Below, in pieces: positions 1 through 12,770 of a DNA stretch of 64,000 nucleotides. Both the position numbers and the translations under genes were made by a program. The notes under the pieces are model-generated. The model was not told the origin of the DNA, ran no database searches, and saw nothing but the letters and a program-made list of their open reading frames with translations. The stretch is from Eukaryota sp. TZLM1-RC (lineage: Eukaryota > Protista > Metamonada: BaSk clade): NCBI GenBank assembly GCA_040285825.1, contig JAUPSS010000007.1, forward strand, positions 2,640,689 through 2,704,688, written 5' to 3'. Position 1 is the first letter of the stretch. The number at the start of each line of letters is the position of its first letter.

Positions 1-1353
1 ATGATTACCAAAAAGCAATTGCAAATAATTTAAATATTCCCAATAAACAAGCTTAATTGGACCACTAAACATTCTATCCACAGGTCGTTTAGGATGATGA
101 AAACTGCCAAGTATTTCAGACCCAAATACTTTGACAGGTTGTGGTCGATCAATCAAATCACCTGTACCTAATTGACCTTTATCATTCCTTCCCCATGCCC
201 AAACAGTGTTTTTGTTGTAGGCAAAAAGGAAGTCATCACCGACTGAAATACCTTCTATATTAATGAATGCTTCAATACATCTAGGCTCCCGCTGATTTTC
301 ATAAAAGTCACTCATTTTGCACAACCAGCCCCAGACAAAAACCTTACCATTGAGATCTAAAGCAGTGTAAACAGAATCATATTCGTAATATTCGTATCCA
401 CAAATACAAATCACATGAGACAATTTCTCTATTTTGGTTGGTTCCAAAGAAGTACTGGGACCACAAGCAAACTGCCAAACATCACCATTGATATCGATAA
501 CAAAAAGACATCCACGATCAAACAAAAATGAACATTCGGATGACTTTTTAGGGGTTATATACTGGGCGACTGGTAACTTTGCAACAGATACAGAGTTATT
601 AACAACCCTGTTCCTGTGGAAAAGAAAAAAATCACTATTTCCATCAATTGCAACAAAAGATTCATCAGAAACAGAAATGAAAATAACATTACTTATGCCT
701 TCAATCAGTTCCAATGGTTGACATTCTGACCACTTAACAACTTGGCCTTCGTGCGTTAAAGCAAAGGAGAGCTTACGACCAGCATACAGCTCCTTAATAT
801 TATACGGGGAGTTCAAAGTCAAAAACAGTGATGATTCATTCCACTTATTGGAAGAACTTTCTGCATTGATGTTGCTTTCATGATACCTCCCCCAATAATG
901 CAACTGACCTCCAACAGAGACGGCAAAAGAGTTTTTATATCCAGCAGAAATGGAGACAATGTCATATAAAGGAAGTTTGATTGGTGACGTGACGTTTCTA
1001 GGTCCATCAAAAAGAACTTGACCTACATCATTACACCCCCAGCTATAAACCTCACCAGAATAGGTGAGGAGAAGTGTATGTCCATCACCAACAGAAACAC
1101 ACTTAACCCCTGACTCGCGATCGACAAAATTGGAAAAAGAATGGGCACACTGTGACGAATGATGATGGTTGGGAAAGACTGGAGCAAAGTCAGGAAATCT
1201 TATGTAAGAAACATTATCTACTGTTCCTGGGTATTTTGATTGATGTGTGTCCACAGAATCAGGTATGAGCTGGGGAAGAGGGTTAGTGGGACAACATAAA
1301 GAGATAGATTGATCCTGGAGAGAACAGATATACTGACTGTAGCCGAACTCCAT
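1..1353 (-). CDS. RCC1/BLIP-II-like repeat protein, 3' end runs off the window
   Basis: Manual translation from ATG at 1353 is open through the region I read (to about 300) and appears to run off the window edge, which would explain its absence from the ORF track. It contains RCC1-type repeats: VKCVSVGDGHTLLLTYSGEVYSWGCNDVGQ, IVSISAGYKNSFAVSVGGQLHYWG, IKELYAGRKLSFALTHEGQVVKW, ALDLNGKVFVWG. Confidence 0.85.
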   Translation of the reverse strand, partial: MEFGYSQYICSLQDQSISLCCPTNPLPQLIPDSVDTHQSKYPGTVDNVSYIRFPDFAPVFPNHHHSSQCAHSFSNFVDRESGVKCVSVGDGHTLLLTYSGEVYSWGCNDVGQVLFDGPRNVTSPIKLPLYDIVSISAGYKNSFAVSVGGQLHYWGRYHESNINAESSSNKWNESSLFLTLNSPYNIKELYAGRKLSFALTHEGQVVKWSECQPLELIEGISNVIFISVSDESFVAIDGNSDFFLFHRNRVVNNSVSVAKLPVAQYITPKKSSECSFLFDRGCLFVIDINGDVWQFACGPSTSLEPTKIEKLSHVICICGYEYYEYDSVYTALDLNGKVFVWGWLCKMSDFYENQREPRCIEAFINIEGISVGDDFLFAYNKNTVWAWGRNDKGQLGTGDLIDRPQPVKVFGSEILGSFHHPKRPVDRMFSGPIKLVYWEYLNYLQLLFGNH

Positions 1354-2043
1354 AAAATGTGGGAAATGAGGAAAATCAGCACACTACAATGAGATTGACA
1401 AATGATTTGATTTGTTGTTGTGGTGGATAATGATTTTGAATCCTTTATTGAATTGCAAATTTAATAGAGACAATCTAAATATACATCACAAATATTATAT
1501 TTGAAGACACAAAGAAGGGATTTTTGCATGATGATATTCAATTGTATGATTAAAACAATGGAATAAACCAAGGAACAGAGGATTGATCGCGATCTTGCTG
1601 TGCAGCAGAAACTGATTGTGGAACAAATGAATTCAAAGTTAAATTATTGTTTTTACTGCGATGGAAAGAAATTGATCGCAAAGCTCAGGAAAGTCGTCAT
1701 TATTTACATCAATCTTGGCATTTCCTTCAACAAAATGGAAAGCATGATAGGGGTCAAGATTTTAAAATATGATTTACATTTTCTAAATTATTGAGTGAAT
1801 CTAAATATTGCTTAAATCCAATTCGATTTGAATAAGGTAATTTGTCCATTAACAATGGTATTCCGTGTTTTTTCAATATTATCAACAAGATCTCTTACTG
1901 CGAAAGCTTGGGTCATGAAGTAATTCTTGGCTTGGTCAAAACTCAAAATACCGCTTTCGCAAATATGACAAGTCGTTTGTAATAATTCATCTGTTGCTTA
2001 GGTTACTCAAATTCCTTCTTTTTGTGGACTCTTTTTTTGTCCG

Positions 2044-5000
2044 TGCTGATGAAAAATACAAAATTGATAACTTGGCGAATCCCATTTGTACTGTCAATGA
2101 AAAAACGCCCATGTCCAATGATATTTATGTTCCCTTTGTTTGTTCCCTGTTAGTATCGTAGGGTAAGGCTGCTATGGTTTTCCTTGAGTATTTGAATGTA
2201 GTTGTCAACAAAAAGACTGGAAGAATTTTCATCGTGTATATTTGCAAAACCAAATTGTATTTTCTATTTATCTTGTCAGACCCATAGAAGCTCTGGTGTA
2301 GTGCGTACTATCAATAATGGAGTCATCAAGAATTAATTTTGACAACAACGGCTCTAAATAGGAATCTACTCGATATGATTTGCACATTACATAAATTTGG
2401 TCCCTGACATTATTCTGTACTTTACTTGTTCATGTGATAAATGCTTACAGTCCAAAAGATGAGTAAACAAAAGAGGTTTACCACATTTGCATGGTAAATG
2501 ATTAGGCCAATTGTCTGGCCATAGGAAACAACGAAAACGCATGTTCAAAAGCCATTCATTGTTTTTTAAAAGAAGTCCTTAAACAAAGGGAATTTTGGTA
2601 ACTAAAGTAGCAGCAGAACTATTACAAATGTCCTTTAAGAAATCAGATGATCGTCTTTAGAAACACTCTTTAGCTGCTTTGGTTTTCCTTGAGTATTTGA
2701 ATGTAGTTGTCAACAAAAAGACTGGAAGAATTTTCATCGTGTTTATTTGCAAAACCAAATTGTATTTTCTGTTTATCTTGTCAGACCGATAGAAGCTCTG
2801 GTGTAGTGCGTACTATCAATAATGGAGTCATCAAGAATTAATTTTGATAACAACGGCTCTACATAGGAATCTACTCGATATGATTTGCACATTACATAAA
2901 TTTGGTCCCTGACATTATTCTGCACTTTGCTTGTTCATGTGATAAATGCTTACAGTCCAAAAGATGAGTAAACAAAAGAGGTTTACCACATTTGCATGGT
3001 AAATGATTAGGCCAATTGTCTGGCCATAGGAAACAACGAAAACGCATGTTCAAAAGCCATTCATTGTTTTTTAAAAGAAGTCCTTAAACAAAGGGAATTT
3101 TGGTAACTAAAGTAGCAGCAGAACTATTACAAATGTCCTTTAAGAAATCAGATGATCGTCTTTAGAAACACTCTTTAGCTGCTTTGGTTTTCCTTGAGTA
3201 TTTGAATGTAGTTGTCAACAAAAAGACTGGAAGAATTTTCATCGTGTTTATTTGCAAAACCAAATTGTATTTTCTATTTATCTTGTCAGACCCATAGAAG
3301 CTCTGGTGTAGTGCGTACTATCAATAATGGAGTCATCAAGAATTAATTTTGATAACAACGGCTCTAAATAGGAATCTACTCGATATGATTTGCACATTAC
3401 ATAAATTTGGTCCCTGACATTATTCTGTACTTTACTTGTTCATGTGATAAATGCTGACAGTCCAAAAGATGAGTAAACAAAAGAGGTTTAACACATTTGC
3501 ATGGTAAATGATTAGGCCAATTGTCTGGCCATAGGAAACAACGAAAACGCATGTTCAAAAGCCATTCATTGTTTTTTAAAAGAAGTCCTTAAACAAAGGG
3601 AATTTTGGTAACTAAAGTAGCAGCAGAACTATTACAAATGTCCTTTAAGAAATCAGATGATCGTCTTTAGAAACACTCTTTAGCTGCTTTGGTTTTCCTT
3701 GAGTATTTGAATGTAGTTGTCAACAAAAAGACTGGCAGAATTTTCATCGTGTTTATTTGCAAAACCAAATTGTATTTTCTATTTATCTTGTCAGACCCAC
3801 AGAAGCTCTGGTAGTGCGTACTATCAATAATGGAGTCATCAAGAATTAATTTTGATAACAACGGCTCTAAATAGGAATCTACTCGATATGATTTGCACAT
3901 TACATAAATTTGGTCCCTGACATTATTCTGTACTTTACTTGTTCATGTGATAAATGCTTACAGTCCAAAAGATGAGTAAACAAAAGAGGTTTACCACATT
4001 TGCATGGTAAATGATTAGGCCAATTGTCTGGCCATAGGAAACAACGAAAACGCATGTTCAAAAGCCATTCATTGTTTTTTTAAAAGAAGTCCTTAAACAA
4101 AGGGAATTTTGGTAACTAAAGTAGCAGCAGAACTATAACAAATGTCCTTTAAGAAATCAGATGATCGTCTTTAGAAACACTCTTTAGCTGCTTTGGTTTT
4201 CCTTGAGTATTTGAATGTAGTTGTCAACAAAAAAACTGGAAGAATTTTCTTCGTGTTTATTTGCAAAACCAAATTGTATTTTCTATTTATCTTGTCAGAC
4301 CCATAGAAGCTCTGGTGTAGTGCGTACTATCAATAATGGAGTCATCAAGAATTAATTTTGATAACAACGGCTCTAAATAGGAATCTACTCGATATGATTT
4401 GCACATTACATAAATTTGGTCCCTGACATTATTCTGTACTTTACTTGTTCATGTGATAAATGCTTACAGTCCAAAAGATGAGTAAACAAAAGAGGTTTAC
4501 CACATTTGCATGGTAAATGATTAGGCCAATTGTCTGGCCATAGGAAACAACGAAAACGCATGTTCAAAAGCCATTCATTGTTTTTTAAAAGAAGTCCTTA
4601 AACAAAGGGAATTTTGGTAACTAAAGTAGCAGCAGAACTATTACAAATGTCCTTTAAGAAATCAGATGATCGTCTTTAGAAACACTCTTTAGCTGCTTTG
4701 GTTTTCCTTGAGTATTTGAATGTAGTTGTCAACAAAAAGACTGGCAGAATTTTCATCGTGTTTATTTGCAAAACCAAATTGTATTTTCTATTTATCTTGT
4801 CAGACCCACAGAAGCTCTGGTGTAGTGCGTACTATCAATAATGGAGTCATCAAGAATTAATTTTGATAACAACGGCTCTAAATAGGAATCTACTCGATAT
4901 GATTTGCACATTACATAAATTTGGTCCCTGACATTATTCTGTACTTTACTTGTTCATGTGATAAATGCTTACAGTCCAAAAGATGAGTAAACAAAAGAGG

Positions 5001-6198
5001 TTTACCACATTTGCATGGTAAATGATTAGGCCAATTGTCTGGCCATAGGAAACAACGAAAACGCATGTTCAAAAGCCATTCATTGTTTTTTAAAAGAAGT
5101 CCTTAAACAAAGGGAATTTTGGTAACTAAAGTAGCAGCAGAACTATTACAAATGTCCTTTAAGAAATCAGATGATCGTCTTTAGAAACACTCTTTAGCTG
5201 CTTTGGTTTTCCTTGAGTATTTGAATGTAGTTGTCAACAAAAAGACTGGCAGAATTTTCATCGTGTTTATTTGCAAAAACCAAATTGTATTTTCTATTTA
5301 TCTTGTCAGACCCACAGAAGCTCTGGTGTAGTGCGTACTATCAATAATGGAGTCATCAAGAATTAATTTTGATAACAACGGCTCTAAATAGGAATCTACT
5401 CGATATGATTTGCACATTACATAAATTTGGTCCCTGACATTATTCTGTACTTTACTTGTTCATGTGATAAATGCTTACAGTCCAAAAGATGAGTAAACAA
5501 AAGAGGTTTACCACATTTGCATGGTAAATGATTAGGCCAATTGTCTGGCCATAGGAAACAACGAAAACGCATGTTCAAAAGCCATTCATTGTTTTTTAAA
5601 AGAAGTCCTTAAACAAAGGGAATTTTGGTAACTAAAGTAGCAGCAGAACTATAACAAATGTCCTTTAAGAAATCAGATGATCGTCTTTAGAAACACTCTT
5701 TAGCTGCTTTGGTTTTCCTTGAGTATTTGAATGTAGTTGTCAACAAAAAAACTGGAAGAATTTTCTTCGTGTTTATTTGCAAAACCAAATTGTATTTTCT
5801 ATTTATCTTGTCAGACCCATAGAAGCTCTGGTGTAGTGCGTACTATCAATAATGGAGTCATCAAGAATTAATTTTGATAACAACGGCTCTAAATAGGAAT
5901 CTACTCGATATGATTTGCACATTACATAAATTTGGTCCCTGACATTATTCTGTACTTTACTTGTTCATGTGATAAATGCTTACAGTCCAAAAGATGAGTA
6001 AACAAAAGAGGTTTATCACATTTGCATGGTAAATGATTAGGCCAATTGTCTGGCCATAGGAAACAACGAAAACGCATGTTCAAAAGCCATTCATTGTTTT
6101 TTAAAAGAAGTCCTTAAACAAAGGGAATTTTGGTAACTAAAGTAGCAGCAGAACTATAACAAATGTCTTTTAAGAAATCAGATGATCGTCTTTAGAAA
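2044..6198. repeat. Tandem array of about 8 x 505-bp units derived from CRE-like retrotransposon family A
   Basis: The marker GATGATCGTCTTTAGAAA recurs at 2646, 3151, 3656, 4160, 4665, 5170, 5676 and 6181 (spacing 504-506). Unit sequence matches the element at 49819-51630 in two opposite orientations. Confidence 0.95.
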
Positions 6199-7022
6199 GT
6201 TGGATTATTGATATGCTGATTTGTATGTTGTTGAATAAAATTATTTTCTCACAAAAAAGATAACAAAAGTTCATTAATATCAAAGGTCTTCTGTTTGTTG
6301 CTATGGAATCTGACTTAAGTCAAAGCAAAGTTGGTATCCCTAAATGCCGAATCTCACAACCATTTTGCCTTGTGTCCGTTTGGCTTTTCCTCACAAGGTT
6401 CCCCTTTGGTTTTAAGTGTTTCGCCAATCTGGGATGATTTTGTGGAGTTTGGGAATAATATAGATGAGTAATTTTTGATAACAGTCTTTTTTGGCTGAAT
6501 GGAACTGTTTTTCTCTCTCAATACTTAGATGTGTTGCTCCCTTATCATCCTTGCTTTGGATTTTGTTGACGGTTTCTGTCAGTAGGTATAGTAACAGTGA
6601 CGCTTGTTTAGAGAATATTGAATACTAGATAGAATTTTATTTCAACAAAAATCCCACATAAAAAAATTTCTATGCGTCGAAAATTTCTAGAAAAAAACTT
6701 CTAAGCTGATTTGAAATACGGACCTATATTTTGTTAGTTTGTTTATTAGCAATTGTATTGAACTAAATCACATTTACAAGCAACTATTTGTATCACAAAC
6801 AATCATTATGTGAATTAATTGAGAAAATGTGTGATGAGTTCGCTGAAATTGTTGGCCACTTATTTGAGAATTCTAGAACGTCTGTGGCGGATCTCACTAA
6901 GGATGAAAGTCCTTCGAATAATTTTGAATAATACATGTAGAAAATATAGTGTATGTATATCCAGATAAATATCAAAGACTCAATCCTTCATTATTGGAGT
7001 TACGGACACAACATCTTTAAAG

Positions 7023-9707
7023 ATGACTGAGCGCAAACGCACACCAACAAGGCTTTTGGCACCAAAGGTCATCAATTCCTATGATGACCTCAGGTCACTT
7101 CTGGTACTATCCTTTGAGATATACAAGTTTACTTATGAGAACCCCCAATCCCTCTTTTCCACTGATGTCAACATTCCACAATACAACCTTCCTTCTAATG
7201 TGGCTGTCTACTTTAAATCCAAGTTTCGCTCTCTTTCAGAGATACAAGGCGAAATGGACAGTCTTCTCCAATCCTGTGCCCGCTGGAGAGGCAAGGATTC
7301 TGAGGTTGAACTTTTTGCAAACTTTTTAGACCCAGACTTTGGAATCGATGGCTTGGTCTTCTTCCTTGAGGTTTGGGGCCGCTTGTACTCCCATTTTCGT
7401 AACACTTCCTCCACTCGTTCCCCCCACTTTCTCCGTGAGCTCCGTCTTCCAAACGACGTCTGTCGTCACCTCGCCTCTCTGATCTTTGACTCCCGCCAAC
7501 TACCTTCTGTCAGACCTTCTTTCTGGAAAGAAAAGGAGAAGTCAGGTGCTACCAATGATGGATCGGTTTTTGGCATAGTTTTCCTCAAGAGAGCTCTTGC
7601 CGAGTTTCAATCAGTCCGTGAGGTCACCTCTCCACGTGCATCTCAACCCTCTCCGTCCATGGAGAAATCTGCTTCGTTGTCACCACGTAGACATCCCCTT
7701 TCTAATTCTGAAGTAATGACACATTCACCACCTTCACCTCCTGAAAGTTATCCATTCTCCCCCACGAATGATGATGAACCTTCATCTTTCTCAATCTCCT
7801 CCCCTCCTAGTTCGAATCTCCAGCGACCAAAGCCAATAGTGGAGACAGAACAGGCCGAATCCAGAAGGGAGGAGGAAGTGGAAAGGGTTGAGGAAAACCC
7901 TAACCCTGATCTTAATACTAACCCCAAGGGTCATCAATGTTTAGAATGTCAGAAGTTAAAGGAGAATGTAGCTGTTTTGACGGCTGAAATTGAACAAAAT
8001 AAGTCTTTTACTTCCGATTTAGCTGATAAGTTAGGAAATTTGGAGGCAAGAATGGATAATAAAGATGATACAAAAGAGGAGGAGACCGTCGAGCGCTTAA
8101 GTTTACTAGAAAATTTGATTAATGAGTTAGTTGAATGGAAAGAGGGTAATGAATCTGAATTAAAAACCATCAAGACAAAGTTTTCTGATGTTCAATCAAG
8201 TCTGACGATGATCGAGGAATTTAGTCAAAGTCAAGAGACTATCCAACAACAAGTAAATAATCTAGAGTCAAAAGTTTCTGGTCTTGTCGAGTCGGTGGAG
8301 ATGATTACCACTAAGTCCGAGCAAGGCTTAACTGAAGTTTTTGGCAGATTAGATGTGGTTGATTTAGAATTTTCTCAATTTAAAACCCAAAATGCAGAGC
8401 TTTCGGAGTCTTTTGAAGATTTCTCCAAGTCTATTTCTGAACAAATAGAGCTTTTCACTACCCAAATTCAAACAATTCAACACGATTTGGACCAAAACAC
8501 TGCAGAATCCAAAGAAGATTTCGCTGAACTACGAACTTCTCTGTCCAGTGAGCTTGAGGGTTTGTCAAGTAGTTTGAAGGACACACTCGTACAAATGAAA
8601 GAACAAGTGGTTTGTAGTGAGGAAAAGATGAAAGGTGAAGTTGAGGGGGTAAGGAATCTTGTCAATGAAATTGGGGACAAGAAAGTTAATTTGGAAGACT
8701 ATGTGCAATCTGTTGACACAATCAATGAGACAATCAATACAATCAATCAAGAAGTTTCCGATTCGTCATCATTATTGACTGGGTTGATTGATGGTCACAA
8801 ACAGTCATTTGATGGGCAATTATCTGAACTCAACGACAAGGTCCTGCAAGTTCAAGAAGACTTTACAAGAATTCAAAACCTCGAAGAATCTATTAATTCC
8901 CAGTTCAAGGATTCTGAAAGGGTCTTAATCTCTGTGGTGGATAACAGGACCGAAGCAGCACAAACTAAGCTGTTGGAAGCATTAGACGGTAAGTTGGAAG
9001 AATCGAGTCTTGGTGTTAAAGGAATTTTGAATGAGTCAAATGAGAAGCTTTCAGATTCAATTGATGCACTAACCATCAGGACTCACGCAGTAAGGGAAGA
9101 AGCCATTTCGCTGCATACATCTCTTCAAGAAAGTATCAATGACGTTTACAGTAGACTAGAAGAGATCAGTCAAGCTCAGGAAGAGCTCACTGCAGATCAC
9201 AGTGATTTTGAGGATGCTGAACCTGACACTTCTACTTTAGAATTAAAAGAATCGATCCAGTTATTAATGAATGATGTAGAAGGTCTTCGTTCTCAAGTGT
9301 CTCAAACTCTTTCCACAACCAGCCTGCAAGAACAAAGCCAAGGTGCAACAGAACCTTCAGACCCGATTGAACTTGGGGCTCTGGCTTTGAGAATAGATTC
9401 ATTAGAAGAGTCGTTCACTAATCTTGAACTTTCAGCCAACAGTATTATTCGCGAATCCATAAAAAGAGAGTCTGTCAGGAATAATTCACAGTTTGTTGAG
9501 CTTAGGGAAAGCTTGGATGACCTACAGGAGCAGTTCAATCAATTTGTTCAATTAAATGCAGCACTGGTTAAACAAATGGAAGCTGATTCAACAAGGATTA
9601 GTCAGGAATTAAAAAGATTGGAGGAAAATGTGAAGGAAAAGGGCCATAGATTTGCACAATCTCCCAGAAATTTCACTAGTTTCATGCGTAATTCCCAGTG
9701 TAATTGA
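7023..9707 (+). CDS. Hypothetical protein with N-terminal globular region, Ser/Pro linker and long coiled coil (894 aa)
   Basis: Long intact ORF; heptad-like E/Q/L/S-rich sequence from about residue 300 onward; no recognisable catalytic motif. Confidence 0.8.
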   Translation: MTERKRTPTRLLAPKVINSYDDLRSLLVLSFEIYKFTYENPQSLFSTDVNIPQYNLPSNVAVYFKSKFRSLSEIQGEMDSLLQSCARWRGKDSEVELFANFLDPDFGIDGLVFFLEVWGRLYSHFRNTSSTRSPHFLRELRLPNDVCRHLASLIFDSRQLPSVRPSFWKEKEKSGATNDGSVFGIVFLKRALAEFQSVREVTSPRASQPSPSMEKSASLSPRRHPLSNSEVMTHSPPSPPESYPFSPTNDDEPSSFSISSPPSSNLQRPKPIVETEQAESRREEEVERVEENPNPDLNTNPKGHQCLECQKLKENVAVLTAEIEQNKSFTSDLADKLGNLEARMDNKDDTKEEETVERLSLLENLINELVEWKEGNESELKTIKTKFSDVQSSLTMIEEFSQSQETIQQQVNNLESKVSGLVESVEMITTKSEQGLTEVFGRLDVVDLEFSQFKTQNAELSESFEDFSKSISEQIELFTTQIQTIQHDLDQNTAESKEDFAELRTSLSSELEGLSSSLKDTLVQMKEQVVCSEEKMKGEVEGVRNLVNEIGDKKVNLEDYVQSVDTINETINTINQEVSDSSSLLTGLIDGHKQSFDGQLSELNDKVLQVQEDFTRIQNLEESINSQFKDSERVLISVVDNRTEAAQTKLLEALDGKLEESSLGVKGILNESNEKLSDSIDALTIRTHAVREEAISLHTSLQESINDVYSRLEEISQAQEELTADHSDFEDAEPDTSTLELKESIQLLMNDVEGLRSQVSQTLSTTSLQEQSQGATEPSDPIELGALALRIDSLEESFTNLELSANSIIRESIKRESVRNNSQFVELRESLDDLQEQFNQFVQLNAALVKQMEADSTRISQELKRLEENVKEKGHRFAQSPRNFTSFMRNSQCN

Positions 9708-9760
9708 TTTTGTACTTATAAATGTATTATTTGTTTTTATTATTGATTATTAAAATTTAT

Positions 9761-10678
9761 TTACATTGGTTGTTCTCTGGATGCAGTAAATGGTATGAAA
9801 CGTTGATGGTGTGTTTTGGACTGTCTCTCCCCACTCTCTTCTCTACCTATACCTGCTTCTTCCATTGGGAACTGGTGAATGGAATATCTTCGTCTAACTT
9901 CCTTTGTTTCTCCTAGTCGTTGTCTCATCCACTCACTCTCTCGCTCAAGCTCTTGGTTTCTGAATCTTGTCTCCCTCAACTGATTCTCTAAAACAACCAT
10001 CTGCGATCTCAGCCTTACTAAAGGACAACGTTCCTCGTGTTCATTCATCAATCGTCTTTTGGTTCTATAGGAACAACCTACATCAGAAGCACTGCAGGTT
10101 ATTTCACTCTCTGGACATTTAGTTTCTTTGTGATTTTCCAACTGTCTAATAGTCGTCATTGTTCCACACTGTGGACATTGTATCTTGTTTTCCGGACAGG
10201 ACTGCTTATGATGTTCATAGTCAGATCTACTGACCCAAACCCTACATTTATCACAAATGCAGACGGGTGTAGTCGAAGGAGATGTACAATAGTCTTTAGG
10301 AAGGTCACATTCTGTTGTTTCTGAAATAAAATGTTGTTCCAAGGTTGTTCTGTCCAATTCTTTTCCACATTGAGGACATTTGTATGATAAGGAATCGAGC
10401 ATTTCGTTTAACTCGACGGGACATGGTCTCAGTTCAGATTTGGAAAATGTTGAACGACAATTTGGACATCTAATTAGTCCTATTGGTCTTTCCTTAAGTA
10501 CATCTTCTACACAAAAATCACATAGAAGATGTTGGCAACAGGGAGTTACTTGCGGGTTTTCAGAAGCAATGACATGCGAACAACGTTTACCTGTGGTAAT
10601 TCATCTATGCTAAAGTAATGTCGTACATTTGAGATAGTCTGGTATTTCTTTAAAACAAGCTCGAGAAGTCATTGACAT
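9761..10678 (-). CDS. RING (C3HC4) plus TRAF-type zinc finger protein, probable E3 ligase; intron 10591..10626
   Basis: Removing a 36-nt GTAC...ACAG intron gives YLKCKRCSHVIASENPQVTPCCQHLLCDFCVEDVLKERPIGLIRCPNCRS (RING), in frame with ORF 9761..10402. That ORF has TRAF-type fingers (HHKQSCPENKIQCPQC, HKETKCPESEITC...GC...HEERCP) and a coiled coil. The start codon is uncertain. Confidence 0.8.
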
Positions 10679-10824
10679 TAGAAATGGTAGAGAGCAAATG
10701 CGGCTCTGATATCCTTATTGTAATCTATACCTGCTAAGTTCTTCTTGAATGGACATCAATTGTCGGAAATTGGTAGAGCTTGTACAAAAGTAGTAAATGT
10801 GGTTAAGATAGGATAAAAATCTAT

Positions 10825-11431
10825 ATACACAATTAACACTCCACATCCTCAAAACCTGGGTCCCCTACATCAAAACAATTAATTGCTAAAGATTCAGAAA
10901 ATTTCCCAAATGAAGAGAGTGAATCAGAAATTAGTTTTACCATTCCCTTAAAAATAGAAAATACAATCCTGTTTTGCCAGTAAACACGATTGAAAATTCT
11001 TCCAGTTCTTTCCTTTACAACTACAATCAAATCCTCAAGGAAAGCCATAGCAGCCTTACCTAGAGATCCAAGCAAAGAAAAAAGAAAGGGACATAAATTA
11101 TATTGGGCATGAGAACTTTCATTTACTGAGGAAATGGGTTTCGCATATTTAGCAATTTTATATTTTTCGCCTGCAAGAAGAGGATTATTTACATCCGAGT
11201 TAATGAGATGTTCGTTAGAGGAATTACAAGGGTCAATAGACATGGCGTCTAAAATAGTAAAACTACCATTTAAACCGGGAACAACTAGATCACCTCTTGT
11301 CAGACACATAGAAGCTCTGTTGTAACGCGTACTATCAATATTGGGGTCATCAAGAATTTATTTTGATAACAACGGCTCTAAAAAGGATCCACTCGATATG
11401 ATTTGCACATTACATAAATTTGGTCCCTGAC
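10825..11431 (-). mobile_element. CRE-like non-LTR retrotransposon, family A, 3' fragment (RLE domain)
   Basis: RGDLVV...ILDAMSIDP...EKYKIAKY...PFLFSLLGSLG is a PD-(D/E)xK-type RLE region; near-identical to 49819-50420. Confidence 0.85.
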
Positions 11432-11461
11432 AAAAAAGGAAAAAAACAGAAACATTTTTTC

Positions 11462-12770
11462 AATCTATTTAATTTATTCCAACGAGAAACTACACAACAA
11501 ATTTGAAATTCTAAATCTTCAAATCCCAAAACAGCCAAAAAGAATTGACTGGAAGTTTTTCCTTCATGGAAGCGACCAAGAGATAAAAAAGCAGAAGATA
11601 TTAAGGGAACAACACCTTTAAAGATTGAAAATACAATTCTGTTCTGCCAAAAGGTTATTTCAAAATTTCTTCCTGTACGTTGTTTTACAATTTCAACAAA
11701 ATCATCCAAGAAGGATAAATCAAGTGGTCCAAGCCTGCCATGTGGGCAAAAGCAAAGGAACAAAGGACTTGAAGAGTATGCGATTCAGCATTCAAGGATG
11801 ACAGCTTTGATTTATATTTATCAATTTTATTTTTTTCGGCAACAGACAGAGGATTCTTGTATTTTGACTGAGCTAATGGTATAAAAGAATACTTACACAC
11901 ATCAGTTGATCTTACATCAGTAATGATAGTTGTCCCTTCAAGACCTCCAAGCATTAAATCACCTCTATTACGACCAACAGAATTCAAAGTATCTTTATCA
12001 ACCAAAAGAGAGAGTAAAGGTTCTAAATAGGAAAATATTCTGTGTAACTTTGACATACAATAGAGTTGATTCCTAACTGCATCATGAACTTTTGATCGGA
12101 AAATAATAAAGTGTTTACAATTAAACAGATGATTTGGAGAAATTTTCAATTCACATTTACAAATCAAATTATGAGGCATGTTATCAGTGTAAATAAAACA
12201 ACGAAGGCGTAGTGTACAAGTATAATTCGGTATCATTTAAAAGAAGACCATAAATTTGAGTAATTGGAGTAATTAAACACGAAGAGGAACTGTTTTCGGC
12301 ATCAAACAAAAAATTTGGGAAAGTGGGATTACCATTTTTGGCCGAGCCAAGACGAACTTCAAAATTCAAGCCTTCACAGATTATTGTGACTTTTGTTGCA
12401 ATTTTTCAAGACAATACCTCAAATTTACTAGCGTTATAAGTGGTAGTTCCTGTACATTAACGGGAAAGCATTTAATCCAAATGTCCGGGGCCATACAATA
12501 AAGAATATTTTCAACGTCTCTTAAATAATTACTTGTAGAATTCAGTAAATCAAACATCATTTGGAAAGCGGTTGCAAAATTCCAAAACAAAAATTTTCCC
12601 TCCCCCAAGAAAAGTAGATTGACAGAGAATAGAAGATTTTGTGAATTAATACCACCAAAATTAGATGATGAAAATACATGACTTCGAATTAGTTCAGGAT
12701 TGACATCAATCAAAGATGCAAAAATATTTTGTTCTTCAGTAGCGAAAGGAGCGGCAAAACTCACGTGAAA
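11462..12770 (-). mobile_element. CRE-like non-LTR retrotransposon, family B, 5'-truncated and frameshifted
   Basis: CKCELKISPNHLFNC (CCHC-type knuckle), HDAVRNQL...EP, RGDLML...ITDV, EKNKIDKY are split over several broken ORFs. The element ends at AATAAA. Confidence 0.85.

Noticed and set aside
2170-6198. CRISPR-like array
   Set aside because: The units are 505-bp near-identical copies with no unique spacers and are clearly retrotransposon-derived.
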